A DNA stretch of 64,000 nt, taken from positions 31,821-95,820 of IMG/VR virus record IMGVR_UViG_3300046820_002180. One strand, 5' to 3'. Shown here piece by piece: positions 1 through 8,739 of the stretch; the stretch's first letter is position 1; each line of letters begins with the position of its first letter. This stretch comes from a virus. Lineage: Duplodnaviria > Heunggongvirae > Uroviricota > Caudoviricetes. Made by a program: the position numbers and the translations under genes. Below the pieces are notes generated by a model. The model made no database searches, was not told where the DNA came from, and saw only the letters and a program-made list of their open reading frames with translations.

Positions 1-1
1 T

Positions 2-139
2 AATGTTGAAATTGAAAGATTGAGAGAGGAGATTAGTAAACTAAAAGAAGAGAATAATAAAATGAACGAAGCGTTAAATAAATTTAACAAGGCAACGTTT
101 ATGAAAAATAGCGATTTGAATACACTTTATGGCGAATAA
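2..139 (+). CDS. Partial hypothetical protein (C-terminal coiled coil), truncated by window start
   Basis: Open frame NVEIERLREEISKLKEENNKMNEALNKFNKATFMKNSDLNTLYGE* ends at TAA 137-139 and overlaps the next start. Confidence 0.6.
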   Translation, partial: NVEIERLREEISKLKEENNKMNEALNKFNKATFMKNSDLNTLYGE

Positions 140-1370
140 GTTTAACATTGGATTTATTGGTTTAGGTAAATTAGGTTTACCCTGTGCATTAGCAATTGAT
201 AACAAAGGTCACCAAGTATGGGGATATGATATTGATAAAAATGTTGTTGAAATACTCGAAAAAAAGAAATTAACATACCTTGAGGAGGGTGCAGATGAAT
301 TATTAAAAACACATAACATTAACTTCGGTGGTATTAGTGAAGTCGTTAAAAATAGTGATATCATATTTGTACCAATTCAAACCCCACACGATTATAAATT
401 TGAAGGGTGTACAAGAATACCCGAAGAAAGAGCTGATTTTGATTACGAACCTTTAAAAAGAGGTATTGAATCACTATCAACCGAGATACGAAAACAATCT
501 AATGAAAAGATTGTGGTAATAATATCAACGGTTTTACCTGGTACAATCGAAAGAGAAATTTATCCAATCATTAAAGATAATTTCAACTTTATATTATGTT
601 ATAATCCATATTTTATTGCTATGGGTACCACCATTCAAGACTTCTTAAATCCTGAATTTATTTTGTTTGGTTCTGAAGATAAAAGAGCATCGAAATTACT
701 TAAGAATTTTTATGAAACTATACACGATAAACCTTTTTATCAGACATCTATTAAAAATGCGGAATTAATTAAAGTTTCATATAATACTTTTATTGGTATG
801 AAGATAGTCTTCACCAATACCATTATGGAAATATGTCACAAAACGGGAGCAAATGTGGATGAAGTGATGGGTGGATTGAAGTTGGCAAATAACAGATTAA
901 TTTCTACCAAATATTTAAATGGAGGAATGGGAGATGGAGGAGGATGTCACCCAAGAGACAATATTGCAATGAGTTGGTTGGCGAATAAATTAAATCTATC
1001 CCACAATTTTTTTGAAGACATTATGGAAGCAAGAGAAGAACAAACAGAATTCTTAATTGAATTATTAACACAACAACCAGGACCTTATACCATCTTGGGT
1101 AAAACATTTAAAGAAAATACGAATTTAATATTGGGTTCACCTTCGATGTTGTTAGCAAATATGTTAACAGAGCAAGGAATTAAATTTAATCATTACGACC
1201 CATTCGTTGATGAGGTTGAACCATATTTTGAAAAGGGTACCTACATAGTTACAGTTCCACACGAACAATTCAGAACCTTTGGTTTTCCTGATGGGTCAAT
1301 CGTTATTGATGTGTGGAGAGTAATGGAAATTAATAACCCTAATGTTACACACATTAAAGTAGGTAATTAA
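129..1370 (+). CDS. ugd: UDP-glucose/GDP-mannose dehydrogenase family protein
   Basis: Rossmann GFIGLGKLG, VPIQTP, AELIKVSYN, and catalytic Cys motif GDGGGCHPRD (cf. GYGGSCFPKD). Confidence 0.9.
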   Translation: MANKFNIGFIGLGKLGLPCALAIDNKGHQVWGYDIDKNVVEILEKKKLTYLEEGADELLKTHNINFGGISEVVKNSDIIFVPIQTPHDYKFEGCTRIPEERADFDYEPLKRGIESLSTEIRKQSNEKIVVIISTVLPGTIEREIYPIIKDNFNFILCYNPYFIAMGTTIQDFLNPEFILFGSEDKRASKLLKNFYETIHDKPFYQTSIKNAELIKVSYNTFIGMKIVFTNTIMEICHKTGANVDEVMGGLKLANNRLISTKYLNGGMGDGGGCHPRDNIAMSWLANKLNLSHNFFEDIMEAREEQTEFLIELLTQQPGPYTILGKTFKENTNLILGSPSMLLANMLTEQGIKFNHYDPFVDEVEPYFEKGTYIVTVPHEQFRTFGFPDGSIVIDVWRVMEINNPNVTHIKVGN

Positions 1371-1371
1371 T

Positions 1372-1401
1372 TTTGATTTATCCATTTTTTTAGTTATATT
1401 T
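1372..1401 (+). promoter_or_regulatory. Putative Bacteroidota-type sigma70 promoter (-33 TTTG / -7 TAnnTTT)
   Basis: TTTG 1372-1375, 19-nt spacer, TATATTT 1395-1401, upstream of ATG 1422. Confidence 0.5.
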
Positions 1402-1421
1402 TTATAACAAAGAAAATCATT

Positions 1422-1733
1422 ATGGATAAACTTATTTTATGGGCTTTCGCGGCATATGGAATGACCTCAATCTTAGTTTGGGGTTCAATATTTGAATCAA
1501 CAAGAGAATTCATTAAAAGAAAATCTAAATTTTTTGGAGACCTAATCAGTTGTACATTATGTACAAGCACTTGGGTAGGTTTCTTTATGTCAATTGTATT
1601 AGGTGGACTAATCGGACCTATTTTCGGAATAGATTGGTTTGTCGGGATTTTTTTTGACGGTATGTTTACCGCAGGTATTGTATGGGCAATTAACTCAATT
1701 ATCGAATTCTTCGAAGAGAGTAGATTAAAGTAA
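1422..1733 (+). CDS. Small membrane protein, DUF1360-like
   Basis: Three hydrophobic segments with a CTLCTSTWVG (CxxC..W) motif. Confidence 0.55.
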   Translation: MDKLILWAFAAYGMTSILVWGSIFESTREFIKRKSKFFGDLISCTLCTSTWVGFFMSIVLGGLIGPIFGIDWFVGIFFDGMFTAGIVWAINSIIEFFEESRLK

Positions 1734-1736
1734 TCT

Positions 1737-2696
1737 ATGAATTTAAAAAAAGTTGGTTATAGGGTTTTTGATTATTCGGTACCCAAGGAATTATATTACT
1801 ACGTAACTAAAGAATATTATTTACGAGAACCAAAACTATTTGAATCTTTAAAAATCAAAAGTGGTAACGATAAAAAGAATGCTACCTATGTTGAAGTTAT
1901 TAAAGGTGATAAAGATAGTTTCTTTGATTTAACACCAACCAGAAAAGAGGAGTGGGATAATGTTGTTGAGTACTTAAATGAAAAGTACGAATCACATATA
2001 AAACCACCGAAAGAAGATAAGGTTGGTGATGAAGACAAAAGAGTAAAGTTTTTTAAGAACTTAGAAAAAAACGCCAAATCAAATTCTATCTTAGGTAGAC
2101 TCCTACATTTTAATCCAATCAATGAAGAAGGTGTTAGTGAATTAATAACTTTTGATGAGATTAAAAAACATCCTGATTTCGGTAAAACCAATAAAGACGA
2201 TAGTTGTATCCCAAACAACGGTACAGGTTGGAACAGAACAGTTGAGAAGTATTTTAAATTTACATTAGTTAGAGATAAAGGGAAAACGGTAGCATTTAAA
2301 TTTGATGGATATAATTTCGACTATTCACATAAAAATCGATATATTCGTAAAGATATTAGAAAGGCGTTAGAACACGGTAGATGTTCTCATTGTGGTGTGA
2401 AGGGAAAGAAAATGGAGATAGACCACAAAAATGGTAGGTACAATGACGAGAATGTTTTGAGTTCTGACACACAAAACCTATCCGACTTTCAACCATTATG
2501 TGGTAATTGTAATAAATTAAAAAGAAGTGCTTGTAAAAAGTGCAAAGAGACAGGACTTAGGTATGATGCACAATTCTTAGGTTATCCGTTCTCACAATTG
2601 GAAGGTGACGCAGTTTATAACGATGAGTTAGGTTGTTCAGGATGTTACCTTTTTGATTGTATGGTTTGGAAATTCAATTGTGTAAAAAATAATTAA
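1737..2696 (+). CDS. HNH nuclease resembling NlaIII/IceA1-type restriction endonucleases, with an extra N-terminal ~110 aa
   Basis: NNGTGWNR, IRKDIR, CSHC, EIDHKNGRYND, QNLSDFQPL, KRSACKKCKETGLRYDAQFLGYP and GCSGCYLFD match the motif order I recall for NlaIII/IceA1. Confidence 0.75.
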   Translation: MNLKKVGYRVFDYSVPKELYYYVTKEYYLREPKLFESLKIKSGNDKKNATYVEVIKGDKDSFFDLTPTRKEEWDNVVEYLNEKYESHIKPPKEDKVGDEDKRVKFFKNLEKNAKSNSILGRLLHFNPINEEGVSELITFDEIKKHPDFGKTNKDDSCIPNNGTGWNRTVEKYFKFTLVRDKGKTVAFKFDGYNFDYSHKNRYIRKDIRKALEHGRCSHCGVKGKKMEIDHKNGRYNDENVLSSDTQNLSDFQPLCGNCNKLKRSACKKCKETGLRYDAQFLGYPFSQLEGDAVYNDELGCSGCYLFDCMVWKFNCVKNN

Positions 2697-2697
2697 T

Positions 2698-5034
2698 ATG
2701 GCAAATCCGTTTATTAAAGTAGAGTGGGAAGACACACCAGAAAATCTTACCCAAGAAAGAATCAAGAGAGTTAAAAGTTATTTCGAAAAGAAATACAACT
2801 CCACTAATGTTAAGATTGTAACAAAGATTGTTTCGAACGTTCTCCATACACAATTGAGGACACTCGAAGCAACAGATAGTATTTTGGACCATCAATATCA
2901 AAAGAATATTGTTAAAGAGTTCGTTACTGAGAATGACCTTAACGTTAAGTGGGATTTACTTAATAGGTTAGATGATAAGGTAAATGCTGAAGTAGATAAG
3001 TCAAATCAAAACAAAGTACGTTATAATAAGTGGTTCATTAAAAAAGTAGAGTTCTCTAACTTTTTATCTTTTGGTGAAGATAATGTAATTGAATTCGATA
3101 ACTTAGATGGAATCACAGTAATCGAATCAACACCGAGAAACTTTGGAGGTAAATCTACGGCAACTGTCGATTTATTAATGTTCTTATTTTTTAACACAAC
3201 AACTAAGACTAAAACTAATATTGAAGTATTCAATAAATTTAGTGACAAGGACGAAGTAAAAGTAAAAGGTTATGTAACTATCGATGGTGAAAATTATATA
3301 ATTTCAAGAAGTGTAACAAGAAAGAAAACTAAAGCGGGTGAGTACACAGTTAAGAGTGATTTGGAATTCTTTAAAGTAAGTGAAGATGGAACGGTATCGA
3401 ATTTAGCTGGTGAACAAAGAAGAGAAACAGAAACATTTATATCCTCGGCAATTGGAAGTCAGGAAGATTTCCTATCAACAATATTAACGACAGGATATAA
3501 CTTAGAAGAATTAATCGAATCTAAACCAACTGCTAGAGGTCAAATCCTTACAAAGTTTTTAGGGTTGGAGAGTTTAAAACAGAAAGAAGATATCTGTAAA
3601 GAAATGTACAGTGATTGGTCTAAGAAATTAGTATCAAACACATACAACGTAAAAGATTTGGAAGATACGAATGTTACATTACAGGAAAGTATTTCTAATT
3701 CAGAGAATGAAATTGTAAGGTTAACAACTTTTTTAGAGGAAACAGAAAAGTCACTGAAAAAATTAGAAGAGAAACGTGACGAAAAATTAAGTTCTAAGAA
3801 TAACGACGTTGACCAAGAACTAATAAGAACGAATCCTACTTTACTAAGAGGTGAAATCGACGCATTAGTTCTTAAAAGAAATCAAAGTCAATCAGGTGCC
3901 GATGGTGTAGACGTAAAAGAACCGTCAACATATTATCACGAAGACCAACATAAGGAACTTAAGAGTGAAATGTCCAAACTTCAAGGAGTTGAATTTGCTC
4001 TCAAGTATGAGAAATCAGAAAAAGAAAAGTTAATTAAACAATTAACTGAAGGAACCATTTGTCCAACCTGTAAAAGAGCATTGGATGAAGTTGACCATAC
4101 TGACGAGATTGAAGAAATTAAAAAACAAATTGAACAAATTGATAAAGACCTCGAAACCAATCAAACTGAGTTTACAACACTGAAAGAACAATCAGATGGT
4201 TTAGAATCTCTTAAAAATGAATTTGACAATTACGAAAGAAATAAACTTCGTAAAGCGAGATTTGAATTGGAAGTTGAACAAAGACAACTTGAAATTGATT
4301 CAAAACAAGCGAAGTTGAATAACTACGATAACAACAAAAAGAAGTTAGACGAGAATCAAAGAATTGATATTGAGGTTACAGGATTAAGAACTAAAATTGA
4401 AACAGCAAATGCAGACATTAGAGTTACCAATCAATCAATTGAAAGACATAATGGAAACATCACATTATCTACCGAGAAGATTGGGGTTAACAACGAACTA
4501 ATCAAAAAGATTAAAAGTGAAGAGGAATTAATCTATGTGTTTAAAACTTACTTAACTATATTTGGTAAGAACGGAATTTCAAAAGTGATTATTAAAAATA
4601 TGATTCCATTATTGAATCAAGAACTTTATAGATTACTATCTGATAGTTGTTACTTCACTTTAGAATTAAACATCAATGATAAGAATGAATTGGAGTTCTT
4701 AATGATTGATAATGAAACAAGAGTGGTTAAACCATTATCAAGTGGTTCAGGATATGAAAGAACAATATCGTCTTTGGCCATTAGAAGTGTATTGACCAAA
4801 ATATCATCATTACCTAAACCTAATATTGTAGTAATGGACGAGGTGTTTGGTAAGATAGCGGATGACAACCTCGAGATGGTAGGGGAATTCTTCAAGAAAA
4901 TCAAAAATTATTTTGAACATATATTAGTTATTTCTCATAACCCACTGATAAGGAACTGGTCTGACAATATCATTATGGTTAAAAAAGATGACAATATATC
5001 CTCTGTTGAATTTATCACCACTAAAATTTCTTAA
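2698..5034 (+). CDS. sbcC: SbcC/Rad50/gp46-like SMC ATPase (recombination nuclease subunit)
   Basis: FLSFG, Walker A NFGGKST, long coiled coil, zinc hook CPTC, signature LSSGSGYE, Walker B IVVMDE, and ISH. Confidence 0.88.
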   Translation: MANPFIKVEWEDTPENLTQERIKRVKSYFEKKYNSTNVKIVTKIVSNVLHTQLRTLEATDSILDHQYQKNIVKEFVTENDLNVKWDLLNRLDDKVNAEVDKSNQNKVRYNKWFIKKVEFSNFLSFGEDNVIEFDNLDGITVIESTPRNFGGKSTATVDLLMFLFFNTTTKTKTNIEVFNKFSDKDEVKVKGYVTIDGENYIISRSVTRKKTKAGEYTVKSDLEFFKVSEDGTVSNLAGEQRRETETFISSAIGSQEDFLSTILTTGYNLEELIESKPTARGQILTKFLGLESLKQKEDICKEMYSDWSKKLVSNTYNVKDLEDTNVTLQESISNSENEIVRLTTFLEETEKSLKKLEEKRDEKLSSKNNDVDQELIRTNPTLLRGEIDALVLKRNQSQSGADGVDVKEPSTYYHEDQHKELKSEMSKLQGVEFALKYEKSEKEKLIKQLTEGTICPTCKRALDEVDHTDEIEEIKKQIEQIDKDLETNQTEFTTLKEQSDGLESLKNEFDNYERNKLRKARFELEVEQRQLEIDSKQAKLNNYDNNKKKLDENQRIDIEVTGLRTKIETANADIRVTNQSIERHNGNITLSTEKIGVNNELIKKIKSEEELIYVFKTYLTIFGKNGISKVIIKNMIPLLNQELYRLLSDSCYFTLELNINDKNELEFLMIDNETRVVKPLSSGSGYERTISSLAIRSVLTKISSLPKPNIVVMDEVFGKIADDNLEMVGEFFKKIKNYFEHILVISHNPLIRNWSDNIIMVKKDDNISSVEFITTKIS

Positions 5035-5072
5035 TTTCGTTTAAATTTCTTAATTTTATAAAAAAACTTATT

Positions 5073-5750
5073 ATGACTCCGAAGGAATACAACAGCTTTG
5101 GTCTATACGCAAAAGACCGTGGGATTAGCTCACTAACATTACACAATTTCAATAAAGGAATTGAAAACAGTTTAACTCCTTATATTTTGGAGGAGAGACA
5201 AATGAACGTAACCGCTATGGATGTGTTCTCTCGTTTAATGATGGAACGTATCATTTGGGTAGCTGGAGAGGTAAATGACCATATGTCAACCGTTGTACAA
5301 GCTCAATTAATGTTCTTGGACAGTATCGACCACAATGACATCACAATGCACATTGACAGTCCTGGTGGGTCTGTAAAGTCAGGTTTATCAATGGTAAACG
5401 TTATGGATTATATTAAGTCAGATATTAGAACTATTTGTACGGGTATGGCTGCGTCTATGGGTTCAGTTCTATTAGGTGCTGGTACTAAAGGTAAACGTAG
5501 TTCATTGGAAGATTCTGAGATTATGTTACACCAATCATCAGGAGGTGCTGTTGGGAACATCCAAGACGCTGAAATCACTATGGTTTGGTGGAAAAGAAAA
5601 AATGATAGATTATTTGAACTCTTGGGTCAATATTGTGGTAAAACCACAGAACAGGTTAAAACCGATGCCACAAGGGATTTATGGTTATCGGCTCAAGAAG
5701 CACTAGATTACGGACTAATCGATGAGGTAGTCAAAAAGAAACAAAAGTAA
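5073..5750 (+). CDS. clpP: ATP-dependent Clp protease proteolytic subunit
   Basis: DVFSRLMMERII, IDSPGGSV, GMAASMG (Ser nucleophile), IMLHQ (His), RDLWLSAQEALDYGLID. Confidence 0.95.
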   Translation: MTPKEYNSFGLYAKDRGISSLTLHNFNKGIENSLTPYILEERQMNVTAMDVFSRLMMERIIWVAGEVNDHMSTVVQAQLMFLDSIDHNDITMHIDSPGGSVKSGLSMVNVMDYIKSDIRTICTGMAASMGSVLLGAGTKGKRSSLEDSEIMLHQSSGGAVGNIQDAEITMVWWKRKNDRLFELLGQYCGKTTEQVKTDATRDLWLSAQEALDYGLIDEVVKKKQK

Positions 5751-5755
5751 TGTAA

Positions 5756-5780
5756 AAGGGGACTAATAGTCCCCTTCTTC
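5756..5780 (+). terminator. Putative intrinsic terminator after clpP
   Basis: 9-bp stem AAGGGGACT-aat-AGTCCCCTT with a weak pyrimidine tail. Confidence 0.55.
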
Positions 5781-5781
5781 A

Positions 5782-5789
5782 TATTTATA
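5782..5789 (+). promoter_or_regulatory. TATTTATA motif (putative phage late promoter)
   Basis: Lies directly after a terminator and 14 nt before ATG 5803; the motif recurs before many genes. Confidence 0.5.
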
Positions 5790-5802
5790 GTAAAAGAATA
5801 AT

Positions 5803-6147
5803 ATGAAGATTAATAAGACCGACATTCTATTGATTTTAATCGTAATTCTGGCGGGTTATAGTATCTTTCAAATGAAAGGGATTAAAACTGACGTTGCAGG
5901 GTATAACGCTAAAATCGATTCAATCCAAAATGAGATTGATTCCGTTCAGTTAGAAAATGTAAAAATATCTGAACAAATTGTTACCATCGATAAGGAAATC
6001 GACGTGGTTGACAAGAACATAAACAATGTTACAAAAAACATAACAATCATTAAAAAACAAACCGATGAAAAAATTGATTCTGTTAACAATTATAACTTTA
6101 GTGACCTTGAAAAGTTTTTCACAGACCGTTACAAAGACAAATATTGA
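5803..6147 (+). CDS. Membrane-anchored coiled-coil protein (i-spanin-like topology)
   Basis: N-terminal TM ILLILIVILAGYSIF followed by heptad-rich helix; overlaps the next gene by 83 nt. Confidence 0.6.
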   Translation: MKINKTDILLILIVILAGYSIFQMKGIKTDVAGYNAKIDSIQNEIDSVQLENVKISEQIVTIDKEIDVVDKNINNVTKNITIIKKQTDEKIDSVNNYNFSDLEKFFTDRYKDKY

Positions 6148-6481
6148 TACTTTGGTACCTTTAAAAGTACCCGTGGCTAAACTTGTAATTAAAGACCTAA
6201 TCAAAGGTGACGGTGCTGCTATTGAAATAAACGAACTCAACAAGGTTATCGGACTTAAAGATGAACAAATCAATTTGTTTAAACAAAAAGATACTCTTAA
6301 AGACCAAAAGATTTCTAATCTTGAATTAATAATAACCAAAAAAGACCAACAATTCGATTTGGAACGTGCGAAATCTGAAAGTCTATTAAAAGAACTTAAA
6401 GGTCAAAGAAGAAAGACATTTCTTTTTAAAGTCGGTTCATTTGTTGGTGTAATAGCAACATCGATGCTTTTATTAAAGTAA
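6065..6481 (+). CDS. Secreted coiled-coil protein with C-terminal hydrophobic anchor
   Basis: Signal peptide MKKLILLTIITLVTLKSFS|Q and C-terminal KVGSFVGVIATSMLLLK. Confidence 0.6.
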   Translation: MKKLILLTIITLVTLKSFSQTVTKTNIDTLVPLKVPVAKLVIKDLIKGDGAAIEINELNKVIGLKDEQINLFKQKDTLKDQKISNLELIITKKDQQFDLERAKSESLLKELKGQRRKTFLFKVGSFVGVIATSMLLLK

Positions 6482-6482
6482 A

Positions 6483-7124
6483 ATGAAGAAACATCTTAAC
6501 GCCAAGAATTTTATAATTGTTATTCTAATAATTTTATTATTCTTGGCATTTTTTAATCCCGGCGGACATCTACCCAACAGAACAGTTTTAAAATTAGACT
6601 CAATACCCTATGCGGTTTCTGATACAGTTACCATTGATAGTTTAGTTGAAGTTGAGGTAGAGATAGAAGTTCCTGTTGAGATTGAAGTCGAGAAAAGAAT
6701 TGAAGTACCTGTTTTAACACCGGTAGACACAAATGAAATATTGAAAGTATATTTTGCAAAAATAGAACACAAAGAAGTTTTAACATTACCAAATAACGTA
6801 GGTACAGTAACCATAACCGATACCATCTCAAAAAATAGTATTGTAAACCGAAAATTCATTAGTGATATAAAGCAAATGATTGTTAAGGATACCATTTATA
6901 CTAAGGAACCTAAGAAAGGTCAAATGTTTTTTGGATTTAATGGTGGTTTAAATAAGAGTAATGTGGTATCACACATTGGGACAGGGTTAATGTACAAAAC
7001 AAAAGAAGATAAGATATTCCACGTTGGGTTAGGAGTTGCTAATCGACTTTTAGATGGTACAAGTGGTCAATTCACACCTTACGTAGACGGTGGAGTTTAT
7101 TGGAAAATTAAATTAAAAAAGTAA
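6483..7124 (+). CDS. Membrane-anchored envelope protein with EV-repeat stalk and beta-rich C-terminus
   Basis: N-terminal TM, VEVEVEIEVPVEIEVEKRIEVP low-complexity segment, and beta-strand end YVDGGVYWKIKLKK. Confidence 0.55.
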   Translation: MKKHLNAKNFIIVILIILLFLAFFNPGGHLPNRTVLKLDSIPYAVSDTVTIDSLVEVEVEIEVPVEIEVEKRIEVPVLTPVDTNEILKVYFAKIEHKEVLTLPNNVGTVTITDTISKNSIVNRKFISDIKQMIVKDTIYTKEPKKGQMFFGFNGGLNKSNVVSHIGTGLMYKTKEDKIFHVGLGVANRLLDGTSGQFTPYVDGGVYWKIKLKK

Positions 7125-7142
7125 AACTTTTATTTGTTTATA

Positions 7143-7598
7143 ATGAATACCTATATTTTATTTGTATATGGTAATTTTGAGGACCGCGAAGATATTGAGT
7201 TCTTCTGTTCCGACGTATTCCCAAGTGAATCAATCCTTTCAGTAAAATATATTATAGAAAATAATCAAAATATTATTATTATTTTTGATTCATATAAAGA
7301 AAAATTAGAATTAGCTAAAGAATTATATTCCTTTTTAACTCCAGAATTTGTTAAGTTTTATTTTCTTTTTGAGAGAGAAAAATTGGTAACTGCACACATA
7401 CCTGAGAGTATGAAGGATTTTATCTTTAAACCCGTGGAAAACGAGGAAATTAACATTATGAAGGTGGATTTCTATAGACCCAAAAAAGACGAAACCCCCT
7501 CCTTTACATTAGACGATATATTGGACAAAATTGAAAAAATGGGTGTATCCTCATTAACACCCGAGGAAAAAAACTTTCTAGATAATTTTGAAAATTAA
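7143..7598 (+). CDS. Hypothetical protein with C-terminal DUF6576-like helix pair
   Basis: C-terminus LDDILDKIEKMGVSSLTPEEKNFLD resembles the DUF6576 tail of Bacteroidota proteins. ATG 7143 preferred to TTG 7134. Confidence 0.5.
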   Translation: MNTYILFVYGNFEDREDIEFFCSDVFPSESILSVKYIIENNQNIIIIFDSYKEKLELAKELYSFLTPEFVKFYFLFEREKLVTAHIPESMKDFIFKPVENEEINIMKVDFYRPKKDETPSFTLDDILDKIEKMGVSSLTPEEKNFLDNFEN

Positions 7599-7616
7599 AA
7601 TATTTTAGTTATCTTT
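7587..7616 (+). promoter_or_regulatory. Putative Bacteroidota-type promoter upstream of the phage sigma factor
   Basis: TTTG 7587-7590, 19-nt spacer, TATCTTT 7610-7616. Confidence 0.5.
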
Positions 7617-7637
7617 AGAGTATCTAAACTTACTCTA

Positions 7638-8447
7638 ATGGCCAAAAAACACATCATCATTAACACCGAGGAAATCCAACAGTATCTTAAAGATTTAAAA
7701 AAGATACCAGTAATTACACACCAAAGACAAGACGAAATTTTTGAACAACTAATAAAGAAAGAACTTCCCAAAGAAGAACTTGAGGCTATGAAAGAAGAGT
7801 TAGTTGTTGGTAATTTACGATTCGTCGTTTCAGTTTCTAAATCGTATCAAAATCAAGGATTAGATTTATTAGACATTATTTCTGAAGGAAATATTGGACT
7901 ATTGAAAGCAATTGAAAGATTTGACCCCACATCAGGAGTTAAGTTTATTTCGTATGCCGTATGGTGGGTAAAACAATCCATTATGGCGTCCTTAAATGAG
8001 AATGCAAGAACTATTAGAATTCCTTCTAACCTTGTTCAGGAAGCACAAAAAGCTAAGAAAGAATATAATGACGAAGAAAGTTATTATATCAAATATACAG
8101 ATGAACCAACAAGTAGTAGTCTACCATATTGTGTTGGGTTATATGACGAAATTAATGATGAGGGTGACCAATTAATTGATGTAATTAAAAATCCGAATCA
8201 AGATAACCCCGAAGACATTCTTAACACTAAAGAAGAAATTAGAAAAAGGGTTGAAAGAGTATTGAGTGTTTTAGATGATAGAGAGAAAGTAATTATTGAA
8301 AAATATTTTGGTTTAAACGGTATTGAATCCAATTTAGAAGACCTTGGAGAAGAGTTTAATTGTACTAAAGAAAGAATTAGACAACTTAAAGACAAGGCCA
8401 TAAAGAAACTCAGAAACGAGAGTTATTCGTTAATAAACTATTTATAA
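7638..8447 (+). CDS. RNA polymerase sigma70-family factor (RpoD/RpoS-like, no region 1.1)
   Basis: Region 2 NLRFVVSVSKSYQNQGLDLLDIISEGNIGL and KFISYAVWWVKQSI; region 4 LEDLGEEFNCTKERIRQLKDKAIKKLR. Confidence 0.92.
   Translation: MAKKHIIINTEEIQQYLKDLKKIPVITHQRQDEIFEQLIKKELPKEELEAMKEELVVGNLRFVVSVSKSYQNQGLDLLDIISEGNIGLLKAIERFDPTSGVKFISYAVWWVKQSIMASLNENARTIRIPSNLVQEAQKAKKEYNDEESYYIKYTDEPTSSSLPYCVGLYDEINDEGDQLIDVIKNPNQDNPEDILNTKEEIRKRVERVLSVLDDREKVIIEKYFGLNGIESNLEDLGEEFNCTKERIRQLKDKAIKKLRNESYSLINYL
8439..8446 (+). promoter_or_regulatory. TATTTATA motif
   Basis: Overlaps the end of the sigma gene, 11 nt before ATG 8458. Confidence 0.45.
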
Positions 8448-8457
8448 ATTATAAAAA

Positions 8458-8739
8458 ATGAAAAAGTTCGTAGAAAATAATTTCACTGTTATTGTGTTAG
8501 TAATTGCATTATTGACATTTTTTAAAGGTTGTAGTGATAGTCGTGAATTGTCAAAAACAAGAAAAGACATCCAATCAATTAAAGATTCGACATACACAAA
8601 ACAGGAATTGAATGTAGAATTAAAAATTATGGGTTTAGAGGCTGAAAAGAGAATGATTCAAGCCACAGATAGAAAAATGTTAGATGTACAAAGACAAACT
8701 CAAATTGAGGAAGAAATAAAAAAACTTAGACAACGATAA
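8458..8739 (+). CDS. Small membrane or lipoprotein-like coiled-coil protein
   Basis: Hydrophobic N-terminus ending FFKGC (lipobox-like), then a charged helix. Confidence 0.55.
   Translation: MKKFVENNFTVIVLVIALLTFFKGCSDSRELSKTRKDIQSIKDSTYTKQELNVELKIMGLEAEKRMIQATDRKMLDVQRQTQIEEEIKKLRQR

Noticed and set aside
1886-2218. Antisense and alternate-frame ORFs in the track (e.g. 1886-2218, 9033-9416, 13048-13374, 26119-26643, 29902-30363, 35732-35992)
   Set aside because: They lie wholly within well-supported genes, lack motifs, and look like shadow frames of biased or repetitive coding sequence.
1737-2696. Simple homing HNH endonuclease
   Set aside because: Not excluded, but the motif set extends well beyond the HNH core and follows NlaIII/IceA1, no intron or intein context is visible, and CATG appears absent from the window.
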